Shown here piece after piece: positions 46,550-58,083 of a stretch of DNA of 64,000 nucleotides. Below the pieces are notes generated by a model, which worked only from the letters and a program-made list of their open reading frames with translations, did no database searches and was not told where the DNA came from. Every line of letters starts with the position of its first letter. Positions within the stretch are counted from its first letter, which is position 1. The position numbers and the translations under genes are program-made. The stretch is from Trypanosoma brucei (taxonomy: Eukaryota): contig CP000070.1 in assembly GCA_000002445.1 (NCBI GenBank), positions 2,141,234 to 2,205,233 of the forward strand. Reading direction: 5' to 3'.

Positions 46550-49500
46550 ATGGTTATCTTCATGCGTGAATTGTATGTTAGGGATGGCGTAGTCACCTAC
46601 GTAGTGTTTTCTTTGTTACTACAGGTGCTGACTGCATCATCACTTGCAAGTGGTGAAATACAGGTAAAGGTATACAACATGTTATACAGTGGCAAGATTT
46701 CAGCAAAGGTATTTGATCCTATTACTGCAGGCTTCAACGCATCTCTTACCAACGGAAAGTCGCCTTCAGGTGGTAAAGTGACAGTCATATATGTTCCACC
46801 TAAGAATGATTCAGATTACGTTGAACATCTTAATAAGGAACCGTCATTTGTCAACTTAAACGAAATATCTGTTGTGCTGGGACCTGTGGGTGACAAAAAC
46901 ACTCTCGACTTAACCGAATATTTCAAAGAAAAAAAGGTGATTGGTTTCTCACCCTTCACAGGATCCAGTAAGGTACGCAGTTGGAATCCTAATCTGTACT
47001 TCCTGACGGCATCACCCGCTGCTGAGATGCTTGCTCTTCTCCGTTATGCTATCACTCAGTTACGGTTACATCGACTGGGTTTCATGTACTTGAAAAATGT
47101 TTCTTATGGTGATGATGAATATGAACTTGCTGTGGAATTGACAACAAGGATGGATCGCAAACTGTGTGGTGTTTTTGCATTGAATAGTCAACTTCGTGAG
47201 GAATCGGATGTTAGTACCTTCACTGCGGAATGGGATAGGTTTGCCGATACTCGACCCCAGGGTGTGATTGTATTTGGCTCTCCAATCCCTGATACGAAGA
47301 GATTCCTAATGAAATCATTAGAAGATGAAAGGACAAAAAATGGATATTTGCTCATACCCTCTACACTCCAATATGTGATCGACAACAAGTGGTCAGAAGA
47401 ATTGAATAGGAGCAAATTTCCAGCCGATAAGACAATAATAACAGGGACTAATCCACTTGCGAAGGATGATGGCTATGATGCAATTAAACGTTTTAACAGA
47501 GAAATGGCTAAGTTCCTGGAGGACAACAAACCTAATTTTTCTCATGACAAATGGAATGTTACCCTAAATTTTGACAAAGACAACTTCACCGAGCAAGACA
47601 CTGATGCTGAGCTGATGGTGAGTGGATGGATTGCTGGAGAGGTATTGAAGCAAGCAGTGAGCTGTCGCGAATGGCTAACTAACAGGGATGTATTTATGAA
47701 ATCACTTTACAATCAGCGTCGTTATGTAATTGATGATCTTGTGGTTGGTGACTTTGGTGGTGAGTGCCAAGGCATGGCGGGTGAGCGAGGTGCATCATGT
47801 TTATGTAACCAAGGTGGGAATGTGGTGTACATGAAGAAGATAGGAAAGGATCATCGGCTACATCCCATGAAGGAAGGTGCATTAACTCTTACTTCATCTC
47901 GCTGTTATCGAGACCTGTCACAGCTGTACGCCCCATTGAGTGGCATCGTGTTTAATATAACTGACAACCCTAAGGTGCTGCGGACTGCAGAGGCAATATA
48001 CGATGGTGCCTCTTATGTTGTTGGAAAGGGTCAACTGGGTCACTCTGATAGATTCTTTTTGCACTGGCTATCCTCGGAATCTCATGATACTTCTACAACT
48101 CTGTATGATGAAGTGAAGGAGCGAGTTGTAACTGCTGTGTTTGGTGTTGTGGATGATTCGTTACTGCGGACGAAGGGTATGACATTCATCGATCCTATAA
48201 TACTCACACCACAGCTGAGTGACCCCAGAAGGAATGTGATTCACCTGTCACCAACACTTGAGCAGCAACTATTCGTGATAGCTGAGCATATCATACAAAA
48301 TGGTACAGGAAAGATGCACGCCATTGTGCGTGGTGGTGATGCGAAAGGCATTGGCGATATGCTGAACAAAACCCTTGACTACTTTTTCGGTTCACTAAGC
48401 TCTCTTTCTGCGATTGGTGAGGGTTCTATTTTGAGAGACAAGCTACCGACTGCAGGTGAGGTATTGGTTGCAGGTCTCACCTCAGATGATATTCCAATAA
48501 TCCTCTCTCACCTTGGCAAACACCATAAGGTGCGTATCTTTGTCCCGTTCTTTGATGTTGCGTTACTCTATGATGAACTTGTGAATGCCTTCCGTGACAA
48601 GCCATTTGCTGACCGTCTGCTATTCGCGACGAATCTGCCGCATTGGAGGGATAAGAACACGGGATCCGATATGGTACGTGAGTTCCACAATGTTGTACAG
48701 AATGAGTCGAAGTGGAAGCCATTGTCATTACTTGGATATGCCACTGCACGTGCAATGATAAATGTGCTGCAACGTATGGGACATGTAACGCCGGAGGAGC
48801 TTGTAGACGCCATCTTCGGTCAATCTGTCATTACAGTTGATGATATGCGATATGGTCCTTTTGAAGACAAGTGTACTAACGGAGTTTCATCTGAAGAGAA
48901 ACACTGTGCTGTGAACTATGGTGCAACGCATATTTCTGTATGGTCGATGTCACGTGTTCTGAATCCTTCCGTGTCTCCTGTAGTGAATTCTGTCACACCA
49001 TCAATGAAGTATAATGAACCAAAATGGATTCGACTAATAAATAAGCATATTGGTGCTGTGGCAGCTGGCTGCATTGTTCTGTTGGCGCTGTTTGTTACGG
49101 TTCTGGCACTTATTGTAAAGGCATCACGCCGGAACGCACGTGACAATAATAATGCTCCCAAGGAACCAACAGACCCCGTAACATTAATATTCACTGACAT
49201 CGAGAGCAGTACAGCGCAGTGGGCAGCACACCCTGAGCAAATGCCTGACCTTGTGGCAACACATCACCGTTTGATCCGCTCCCTCATCACACGGTATGAG
49301 TGCTACGAAGTGAAAACTGTTGGAGACTCTTTTATGATTGCATGTAAAAGTCCATTCGCCGCCGTCCAACTCGCATGTGACTTGCAACGTGATTTTCTAA
49401 ACCATGACTGGAATACCACTGAGCTTGATGAATCTTACCGTGAATTCGAACGGCAGCGTGCGGAAGATGACAGTGATTACACGCCACCAACTGCGAGCCT

Positions 49501-50281
49501 GGACCCTGAGGTTTATCGGCAACTGTGGAATGGGTTGCGTGTACGTGTAGGGATTCATACTGGATTGTGCGACATCCGCTACGATGAAGTGACGAAGGGT
49601 TACGACTATTATGGACGCACATCCAACATGGCAGCACGCACGGAGAGTGTTGGTAACGGTGGTCAGGTGCTGATGACGCGCTCAACATACCTGTCACTGA
49701 GTGGTGAGGAGCGTGAGCAAATTGATGTAACGCCTTTGGGTGATGTGCCGCTACGTGGTGTGCCGAAGCCTGTGGAAATGTACCAGTTGAATGCTGTACC
49801 TGGCCGCAACTTTGCTGCATTACGGCTTGACCGTGAAGCTGAGGAGGAAGAAGATAATGGAACTGGTAGTATCACTAGTGAGTCAGGATCCCTCGCACAT
49901 GGTTTAACTGCCACTGCCCAACAAGTTGCTGGTTGTATTGACGCTCTGCTTGGCACATTCCCTGCTGCCCAACGACAGAAGATGCTTGCAACTTTTTGTG
50001 AGCGTTGGCGTGTTAAGAAACCCCCAGGTGTGGATAGTTGGAATGAAGCCAGTTGTCGCTCTGTTACTCGTCGGATTGCTGCGAAGGTGGGTTGTGTTAT
50101 GGATTTTGGAACGAGAAATACCTCTGGTAGCGTGGCTTCCTTTGAAAGGGGTGGAAGTCTCTTCTCACCTGGAGGAGTTGCTGCTGTAATGCTTGCCTCA
50201 TCCTCAAGCTCTTCCTGCGTTGCGGGACGCTGTGGTACCGTACAATTGATTGACCCAGAAAGTGCTAGCGCCGCCAGCTAA
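46550..50281 (+). CDS. GRESAG4: Receptor-type adenylate cyclase GRESAG4, tandem copy 2, 1243 aa
   Basis: Same length and architecture as copy 1. It differs from copy 1 at about 20 residues clustered in three patches (aa 94-105, 326-345, and the DIR[H/Y]DEV site), plus a few singletons (C17Y, Y55F, V250M, I831V). Confidence 0.92.
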   Translation: MVIFMRELYVRDGVVTYVVFSLLLQVLTASSLASGEIQVKVYNMLYSGKISAKVFDPITAGFNASLTNGKSPSGGKVTVIYVPPKNDSDYVEHLNKEPSFVNLNEISVVLGPVGDKNTLDLTEYFKEKKVIGFSPFTGSSKVRSWNPNLYFLTASPAAEMLALLRYAITQLRLHRLGFMYLKNVSYGDDEYELAVELTTRMDRKLCGVFALNSQLREESDVSTFTAEWDRFADTRPQGVIVFGSPIPDTKRFLMKSLEDERTKNGYLLIPSTLQYVIDNKWSEELNRSKFPADKTIITGTNPLAKDDGYDAIKRFNREMAKFLEDNKPNFSHDKWNVTLNFDKDNFTEQDTDAELMVSGWIAGEVLKQAVSCREWLTNRDVFMKSLYNQRRYVIDDLVVGDFGGECQGMAGERGASCLCNQGGNVVYMKKIGKDHRLHPMKEGALTLTSSRCYRDLSQLYAPLSGIVFNITDNPKVLRTAEAIYDGASYVVGKGQLGHSDRFFLHWLSSESHDTSTTLYDEVKERVVTAVFGVVDDSLLRTKGMTFIDPIILTPQLSDPRRNVIHLSPTLEQQLFVIAEHIIQNGTGKMHAIVRGGDAKGIGDMLNKTLDYFFGSLSSLSAIGEGSILRDKLPTAGEVLVAGLTSDDIPIILSHLGKHHKVRIFVPFFDVALLYDELVNAFRDKPFADRLLFATNLPHWRDKNTGSDMVREFHNVVQNESKWKPLSLLGYATARAMINVLQRMGHVTPEELVDAIFGQSVITVDDMRYGPFEDKCTNGVSSEEKHCAVNYGATHISVWSMSRVLNPSVSPVVNSVTPSMKYNEPKWIRLINKHIGAVAAGCIVLLALFVTVLALIVKASRRNARDNNNAPKEPTDPVTLIFTDIESSTAQWAAHPEQMPDLVATHHRLIRSLITRYECYEVKTVGDSFMIACKSPFAAVQLACDLQRDFLNHDWNTTELDESYREFERQRAEDDSDYTPPTASLDPEVYRQLWNGLRVRVGIHTGLCDIRYDEVTKGYDYYGRTSNMAARTESVGNGGQVLMTRSTYLSLSGEEREQIDVTPLGDVPLRGVPKPVEMYQLNAVPGRNFAALRLDREAEEEEDNGTGSITSESGSLAHGLTATAQQVAGCIDALLGTFPAAQRQKMLATFCERWRVKKPPGVDSWNEASCRSVTRRIAAKVGCVMDFGTRNTSGSVASFERGGSLFSPGGVAAVMLASSSSSSCVAGRCGTVQLIDPESASAAS

Positions 50282-53180
50282 TATTCCCCGTACCATTGCT
50301 GTATTTGCGCTTTGCTATTGAAGTGAATGAATAAGTTGTTTTACATGACGTTTGCAAGTTTTTATTTAGATTCATTTCGTATAAAGTGACCATTATAACT
50401 TTCCCTCCCCATTCTTGTGCATGCAATGATCTCCTCATACGGTAGATGCTTTAAATACCTTTGTACATGAAGATGCTTTTTGTTTCTGACATGGCTACTC
50501 TACTTTTGATAACTGTATTTGAAGATCGTAAATTTTCTTTTAATTCGTATGTTGAGGGATGGAAACGCACATGTTACTATTTTACATTCTGTTTCTTTTC
50601 GTCAGTGTTAATTATTCCATTAATTTTTCAAAAAGTCGTGGAGATAATGTGGACGAGAGGTGTTTAATTCTCACTGGCTCTTCTCACTTCATTTTCTTCT
50701 TCATATGGTCTTTGTTTGACTGATGGAGACAGTCGTGACGTTGTAATAGGGGTTATAAAATAAACTCCTCATCTTTATTACACCTCACAGAAATGCCATT
50801 TAATATTGTTAGTCCCTTATTCCTCGGAGGAATGGAATGTCACGGTATCGCAATTTATGATTTTATATGTTGAATCCTTCAACGTGCTAACACTATCATT
50901 CTCTTCACTTACTTGAACGAAAAGGGCTCTCAGGAACAAGAAGCGACTGTTTCTTTACGCGATACGGGCTTTGACATGATATTGTCGCGATAAATCATAT
51001 TGCAAAAATTACAGGTCTCCAATATGTCGCAGTCTAAATAAACAGACTTTAATTACGCTGATGAATGTAGCAAGAGAAATTGAGTGAGAATGCGTGTTGG
51101 CTTTGCATCGCGGCATTATGAATAAGTATTACGCATCCGCGTTGGCAGAAATTAGTGCACGCACAGAGCACCTTGGCCAGCAAGTAGCGGTGACAAATTT
51201 GGGTCGATGACTGTTGGACGTGATGATCTTGCGCCTACAGAAGATTGTGCCGAGAAGCGAGATCAAATAAGCGAGTCCCTTAACAAAAGGTCGGAATGGC
51301 TCAGATTATTACTTTTCGTCCGGATTGGAAGGAGTGTGTGGTTTTTGCGTTTGGTGTGGATTACGACAAGTCGCCGGGTGGAGATCCCGGCACCGATACG
51401 GAAGCATTTCCAATGGAACAGGGACAGTGTAGCGCTCCTCGATTGGTTGGTGACACCCAAGACAGCCAAGTCCAATTCACACCGAGCAGGTCGTTAAGTT
51501 CGCATTCGGGGATTAGGACGCTCTCGATATTACGCGACTACTCTCCACTTTGAAGTTCAAGGAACATGTAACAACGCTCACAACAACCAAAGTCGAACGT
51601 ATTCTGACTTCATGGGAGGTGATGACGCACCCCGTTAGAAGAGGGGCCTTTACAGCATGCTGCAGCCACAATTTGTGGAAGAACATAGCATGGATCCTCA
51701 CATTATTCCCCAACTGATTAAGCACATCTATCCGTTCCACTTGCCGAGGAACACTGTCAGCCACTTGGATAAATACACCGCCATGTTGACTAATATGTAG
51801 AATATAGTCTCTATGATGTAACCCATGTCTTAGATGAAGGATAAGAGCCATGGGAGCCGCCAGGGCGTTGCCCCTTCAAGACGCACGGTTATACGATAAC
51901 AAGGAGGGCGCACGCCACACGCCTGTTGAATACGCAGGACAAGGCTTCCATTCCTTTACAGCAAGTGCACGTCCCGCTGCTGGAGATATATTGAATCATT
52001 TCTCGCTTAAATTCGAGTGTGGAATGTAGATTTCAACATCTCTGGGGACTGATCGGACTGAGACCAAAAGGGACCAGTGAAAGGAGCCCTCAGGTTATTT
52101 CCATCGGCGATGATCGTTTACTTTGGAAGGTCGGTAGCGTAAAGGATGCCTCTTCCGCACCAACAGGAGCTCGGGTCATCCCTTTTCTCAATTGCAGAGG
52201 ATAAACCCTCCAACGAGCGTCGCTGGTGAATTGCGGGGCCTCAAGAGAAATAACAAAAGCGGATGAACCTTACGAGGCAATTGTTCCTTTTGGAACACAT
52301 TTCAAAATACCTCCATGCGGTTACTATCCTGAGTTGTCGACTTTTTCTGTCTGTTTTTTTTTTATTTTTTCTTAGAGGCGTTACGTCGTCGTCTTTTGCC
52401 TCGGACAGAGAACTTGTCCCCGCTACAGAGGCCGCTTTGTTGCCACTGTCCGCACTTGGTTTAGTAAGCGGGTATTGCTTTTTTGCCTGTTTAAAAATAA
52501 GAAACGCACGGTTACACCCAATTGGGAACCCGCAGTTGATTTGGTCACAGATGGCTCTTTGAGGGGTTGTGGGTCTGGGGCATGTCCTCTTATTGGATTC
52601 CGGTGAGGTGAAAGTAATGTTATGTGGTGTAGTTGGTTTAAGTTCCCTTTTCTTATCATGCAGGCTCAGGCCCGTGTCCTCCGACTCTCCTCAGTAGCAT
52701 TCGTGGAATCCTTTCCCCCTGAGTATTGACATTTGGGTTGATAATACATTCCTGTAAGGCGCGGAAACAAAAGGAAACACAAAAGCCTACGGTCTTTCCG
52801 TGGCCATGGATGAGATGTTTATGATATTTGATTCCCACAACATTAGCACAAATTACTCGTTTAACCGCTCCGTCAGCAAACCGGCGGTCGGCTCCCGCGG
52901 AGGCACACGGTTTAACTGTGCAAAGTTAGTGAAAGAGTGTAACTTACAAAAGGAAGTGGCGGTGTCCCGAGGCTTTTGGGGACCACATGAACTGCCCTTT
53001 CACAAGTCTACTGTGAAATAAATATTCCGCTGCTGCTTGCCACCTAAGTTTGTGTCAGATGGGTATTGATGATTATAGATTTAGTTTGCAACTCCTTGTT
53101 CCCCTCTATTTCATTTTCTTCCTTCATACATTAAGAGATCAAACAACTCCGAAATCCATATTCTCATCAACATTATTGTC

Positions 53181-56100
53181 GTTTTGTTTGACGTAATGTG
53201 TGGGTGCTTTCGGTGGGGCGCACTTCCAAGCGGCTAACCGGATCGACGAGCGAAAATAACGGTATGTAAAAAATACGAGTGTAGTGAGATAAAGGGGGAG
53301 GAGGGTTGGCTAAAGACGCTTCGGTACGCGAAGCTGGGCGTGCAAATGTGGAGTTGTGAGTGAGTGGTACTACTTCTATTTTTAATGTTTAGTTTTGTAC
53401 TCATTGAGTTGTTGGGATGGTTTTCAATTCTCTCCTCACAGTAGCGTATAGTTTTCATTTTCTTATCTATCATTTCAGGGCTTCCGTTTTTCGTTTTTGC
53501 GTATTGAGTGCAATCGGATAAGGATTCTGCTGCCTCCGTGGCTAGTTGTTAGATTAAGCTTACAAGTTCTTTTATTTGATGTTTCGATGTTTTTTTTTAA
53601 AAAAAAAACAAGACTAAGGTTCAGAGAGGTAGTCGAAAAAAAGTTACCGCCGTCCACCTGAACGGGGCCCATCTTCAAAAAAAAAAAAAGAGGGGTGGCT
53701 AGACATGAGGTTATTATCTGTTTGGATGCATTTAATTCTTTTTTGTATTAGGGTATTTGTATATATGTGTGCATATGGGGATTTTGTTTTTGCTCTAATG
53801 CAACTTTTTCTTCTTTTTGGGCGACCATGCCGGAAGAGAAAAAAAAAAGAGTATGTTCCGGGTAAAGGGGTGGAGGTAAGGAGTGCTTTTTGTGCTGCCG
53901 GCTGCGGCTGCGTTTGCGCTTGCTTTGGGCACCGGGAGCGCCGGTTGTAATCCTGAGAGTTGCGGAGCCGTGTGTTATAAACACGGGACTGTTAAGTGAC
54001 TGGTTTATTTTGCATTAACCGCTGCTGCCACAATGCTCACCACTTCTCAGTTGAATAAATGGTGCTTTGGTTGAGCATTTACCTCTTCCAGCTTTATAGT
54101 TTCCAACAAATATACTCGCCGGGGTGCGTGAAAAGACGAGAAGCATAGTTCATTACAGCAAATGGTCACGAATTCCAGTGGTTCCCAAAATCCGGCCTCT
54201 TTTCAGATGTCTCGCGGCGTCTCAGCCGAATTCACCTCAACGCCGACATCATCGCCGAGAAGACATCGGGTCGCCGCCTCCAGCAGAAAACACGAAATAT
54301 TGGACACCAGCGCCACGATAAGTCATTTACCATACTTATGCGAAGGAGATTTGCTCCTCAGAAGTGCTGATGAGATTGTTTTGCCGGTTTCCAGCTGAAG
54401 TCACTGATGGGTCCCAGACCTTTGTAATGAGGTTAAAAAATAATATGACCCCGCGCGTGAGATTGCAATTCCCTTCACAGCCTTTGAACTTATTTCCTCT
54501 ACCTCTGCTGCTTTATGGTGCCTACGCGTGCGTCAATTGATTTATCAAAATAATAATAATAATATAAATGGGAATACCATATAGATGCGCAAAAAACAAG
54601 CAACTATTCTGCATCACAACGCAGTAACTTGTAGAGGATAAAAAGAACCCAAATTCCGAGAGTTGCAAGTTCCAGGGTTACCGATTGCAGTTAGATAAAC
54701 GCGTGTGATAAATACCTTCACATGTGACAGGCTGTAGTTTTCCGTCACTCTTTAAAAGATTCCACACGTGCAAATCGCCTGAATGAATATTTCCCTACGG
54801 CATCTTTCTTTTTTATTTTTGGTGAAAGGCCAATTTATATCTGATATGAGACGTAATACCTCAAACTTTTCCGCACTCTCCTGTAAACTCCGTGCAATTC
54901 TTCAAAGTTCTATGAGCAGCTAATCAAATTATGCATAGCGCTGCATGCTTTAGCGATCGAAAATAAACGCTTAGCCGTTACACATAATCTCATTATTTGG
55001 AACACAGTCCACAAACTTCACTGATAATCATTGCGTTGCATCATCGGTTGCAAACTGAAATTAACCACGTCACCAAACCACACTTATATAAACTCGCAAA
55101 AAATAAATAAGAAATAAGCGGTTGCATATATCATACCACTTCTTGCAATGTAAACCGAAAATAGTGCGTCGTGGCAGTGCGCTTGAAATTAGTAAACGAA
55201 AAAATTCCTGTATCATAAAAGTCTTTCACTATTTCCTGAAGTATTTCAATCTCCAACTAAGCATCATGCAGAACACCTTAAAGCCACTCCACTTTCCAAT
55301 ATATAAAAATCCCACTAATGTTACTTTCATGTGCCATCGCAGTGCGTCCTCATGCTTTTAATTTCAGTAGTCATTCACTTCCCAAGTTCCGTAAGCATTT
55401 ACTGCTAATAATGTAAGCGAAACAATTTGGGGATATGATATTCAAATGACAGTTGTTCTTCGATCTCACATACATCTCCCTTCAGATGCAGCGCTGCCTT
55501 TCGTCTCTTTCTTTTTTCTCAAATAGATAAATAATATTTGATATTTTACTATTTCGAATCGGTGTGGATTTGTGGAACTTAAATGTGCGGCTGTCTATAA
55601 CTCATCAGCTAACAGCAGTGTCTAATTAATTTAAGTGTGTGAGGAGGAAATCCTTTGCTCGTTATTGTCAAATAAAAAGTAAATATGAAGAAATACATAA
55701 TTTACCTCAGCAGTGTTTTCTGGAAAGTCATAAACATATACGGATACGGTAAGAAAAGGAAAATAAAATGAATGAAAGGATTTGCTCTCGCCTTCAGTTC
55801 TTCTGAGGCATCATGTTGTAAGGAAGAAAATAATATTTCCCAAAACCAGTGAAATGGTTACTACATTTTTCCATGCACAAGTAGCACAAATGTTAATGAA
55901 TTAATGTAGTGCACAACCCTTTGCTGTGCAACAGGATTCTGGATGTATGACATCTTCACAAATATTTGGCCCAAATAATTCTGAAAGGAAATGCAATAAA
56001 ATAAATTATGTTATTACAAAAATAAATAAAATAAGTCAAAATATTTTGATGAAACAAGGGGATTCGATTACACTGTTTGAGAATATATATATGTCAGCAG

Positions 56101-57183
56101 CAAATGTAAAAAAAGGATCACGAGACACGTAATGTGTTTTAAAACACTCTCCCATGTAAGAACTTGGTGGTCAAGATGCTGCTCTGATATAATTTATTGT
56201 AAAGTCACTCCGCCACTTCTTTCAGTAAATAATAAATAAGAATAATGAAATATATTCACTATACTTTAATGGTATATAAACTTCACCACCTCATATCATT
56301 GACAGGTGTACAGTACTGTAGAATGTTGAGTGCTTTTACTTTTCAGGTGTGGCTATGAGTAAAAATCAAATGTGGATGTTGTGTCTCAGACAACAATAAT
56401 GTTAATAATAATATTTCATTCAGTGTGTGAGAAGGTGTGTAGTTATAAAGTTAGAAGGTCATGCAAAATAATGATATGCTCACTTGTTATAGTTATAAAG
56501 TGAATGAGAGTAACACAACATTTACTACGGTTACAACTAAAATACAAATTTCCACTGAGAAAACAACCTTGTGCATACATACACACACACACACACACAG
56601 ACACAGACACTTTCCTAACTGTTCTTTACTCTTCACAATATACGATTGGTATGACTTACTAAATTGTGAAACGCTTACACGACTGTAATAAAATCCTTGT
56701 ATTTCTCGTATTTAAGATACTGTAACATCTAATACCGTCCATGTGAATTGTTACTGGTACCTGTCCGAATAATAGTGCCTACAGTAAATAACTACTCAAG
56801 CTGGCTGTTTAATTTAATAACGTGTTCTCATCAATAAGTTGTTACAATAATACAACGCGAAATAATGGACCACATATTAATGGATATGTACACTCCTTTT
56901 TCCAAGTTCACGCAGGATATCAGAACTGGCATGAGCATTTTTGAGATCCACCCAAGAAAGACATGACAATTCTAAAAGACTCCTGAATCCTTGTGTGGGC
57001 CCCCTTTCATCATAGCTCCGACAGAGATGCAATTTTTTAAATTGATTTTATTTTCCCAATTGGTGTAATATCATCAAGCTTTTCACAATAAGAGAGATTG
57101 AGCTCCTCAATGGTATGGGATGATTGAATTTCCCTGAGATCTTCATCTGTAATGAAAGAACAAATCAAGTCAAGAATGCGCAA
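53181..57183. terminator. Convergent strand-switch region between the plus-strand block (GRESAG4 array) and the minus-strand LRRP block; candidate pol II termination zone
   Basis: Gene orientation converges here. No convincing ORFs. Contains a T10A10 homopolymer pair (53590..53609) and a 2.5 kb AT-rich block (about 54540..57100) that contrasts with the about 50% GC flanks. Confidence 0.4.
53590..53609. repeat. T10A10 palindromic homopolymer pair
   Basis: Direct reading of the sequence. Confidence 0.9.
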
Positions 57184-58083
57184 CTATGGAAGAGTGAAAA
57201 GTGCACCAAACCCCCGCGTTAGCTCTTTGCATACTCCTATATGCAACTCCTCCAGTGTTTTGATATTAGCAAGACATGAAGCATCGGTCATATCACACGA
57301 TCGGAGGTTGAGTGTAACGAGGGATTTGCATCTGCTGATATAGTATCCACCGTAACGCGTCGTAACTCTGGCGGATTCCAAGTTGAGCACACTGAATCGT
57401 GGTAATTCGCTTAGTGCTTCCCAGCCTGAAGTTATGGGGTAACATCCGCTCAGATTCAATTCCTCCAGTGCCGTAAGGTTTGATATATGAGATATGTCTG
57501 TTAGTTTCCAACTGGAGGCTAGGTTGAGTGACGTAATGGATCGAGACAGACAAATATCATCAAGTGCGCTATTGCTAATGCGAGATAAACCGAGATCCAG
57601 CGATCTAAGCCGTGGTAGTTTCCCAAGTGTCCAGACTCCTTCCAGGGTATCACCGCATTCCCGCAATGACAATTCCTCAAGGGACGTGATGTTGGAGAGG
57701 GGTGTTGCGTCTGTTAGGTCCTCGCACAATTCAATAGTAAGCCTCACGAGAGATTTGCTCGTTCCAATGGATTCAACAGATATATCACTACCTCTCACAT
57801 TTCGCAGAAGCAAAAAACGCAACCGTGGCAGTGCACCAAGAGCATTCAGTCCCTTGAGGCCGTCTGAGCAGTTCTTAACTATCAGCTCCTCCAGTGATTG
57901 AATCTCATACACCACCGTAACATCTGACAACTCCTCACACCGAAACAACTTTAGTTTCACAAGTGTTTTGCAACTGCTAAGGCAACCTATGCCTTCATCA
58001 GTGATGTTGGTATCAGATAGAATTTCTACACGTAGTAGAGGCAGCTTTCCGAGCGACTCCCAGCCTTTTTTTTTAATTCCATT
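57184..58083 (-). pseudogene. LRRP: Same-frame continuation of the LRRP repeat array downstream of the TGA at 58084..58086 (about 300 further codons). The gene is either a nonsense-interrupted pseudogene or carries a sequencing/strain nonsense variant
   Basis: Both ORFs are in the same minus-strand frame (61221 and 57960 are both 0 mod 3). Reading through the TGA gives ...LEELNVNC*NGIKKKGWESLGKLPLLRVEILSDTNITDEGIGCLSSCKTLVKLKLFRCEELSDVT..., which preserves the LRR register exactly. The 258-aa ORF-track entry starts at a GTG and is not an independent gene. Confidence 0.6.

Larger units (their letters stand above)
35957..53180 (+). repeat. Tandem array of a 7,388-7,391 bp unit, about 2.33 copies. 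Each full unit holds a 3.66 kb intergenic segment plus one GRESAG4 gene. The third copy carries only the first about 2.44 kb of the intergenic segment
   Basis: Unit starts at about 35957, 43348 and 50739. Identical ORF sets recur at +7388 and +7391 (for example 36428/43816/51207, and 39162/46550). Spacer identity is above 99%. The array ends at about 53180, where copy 3 diverges from the copy-1 sequence at about 38400. Confidence 0.9.

Noticed and set aside
57184-57960. 258-aa LRR ORF listed as a separate gene
   Set aside because: It starts at a GTG and is the same-frame continuation of the LRRP repeat array after the in-frame TGA. It is not an independent gene.
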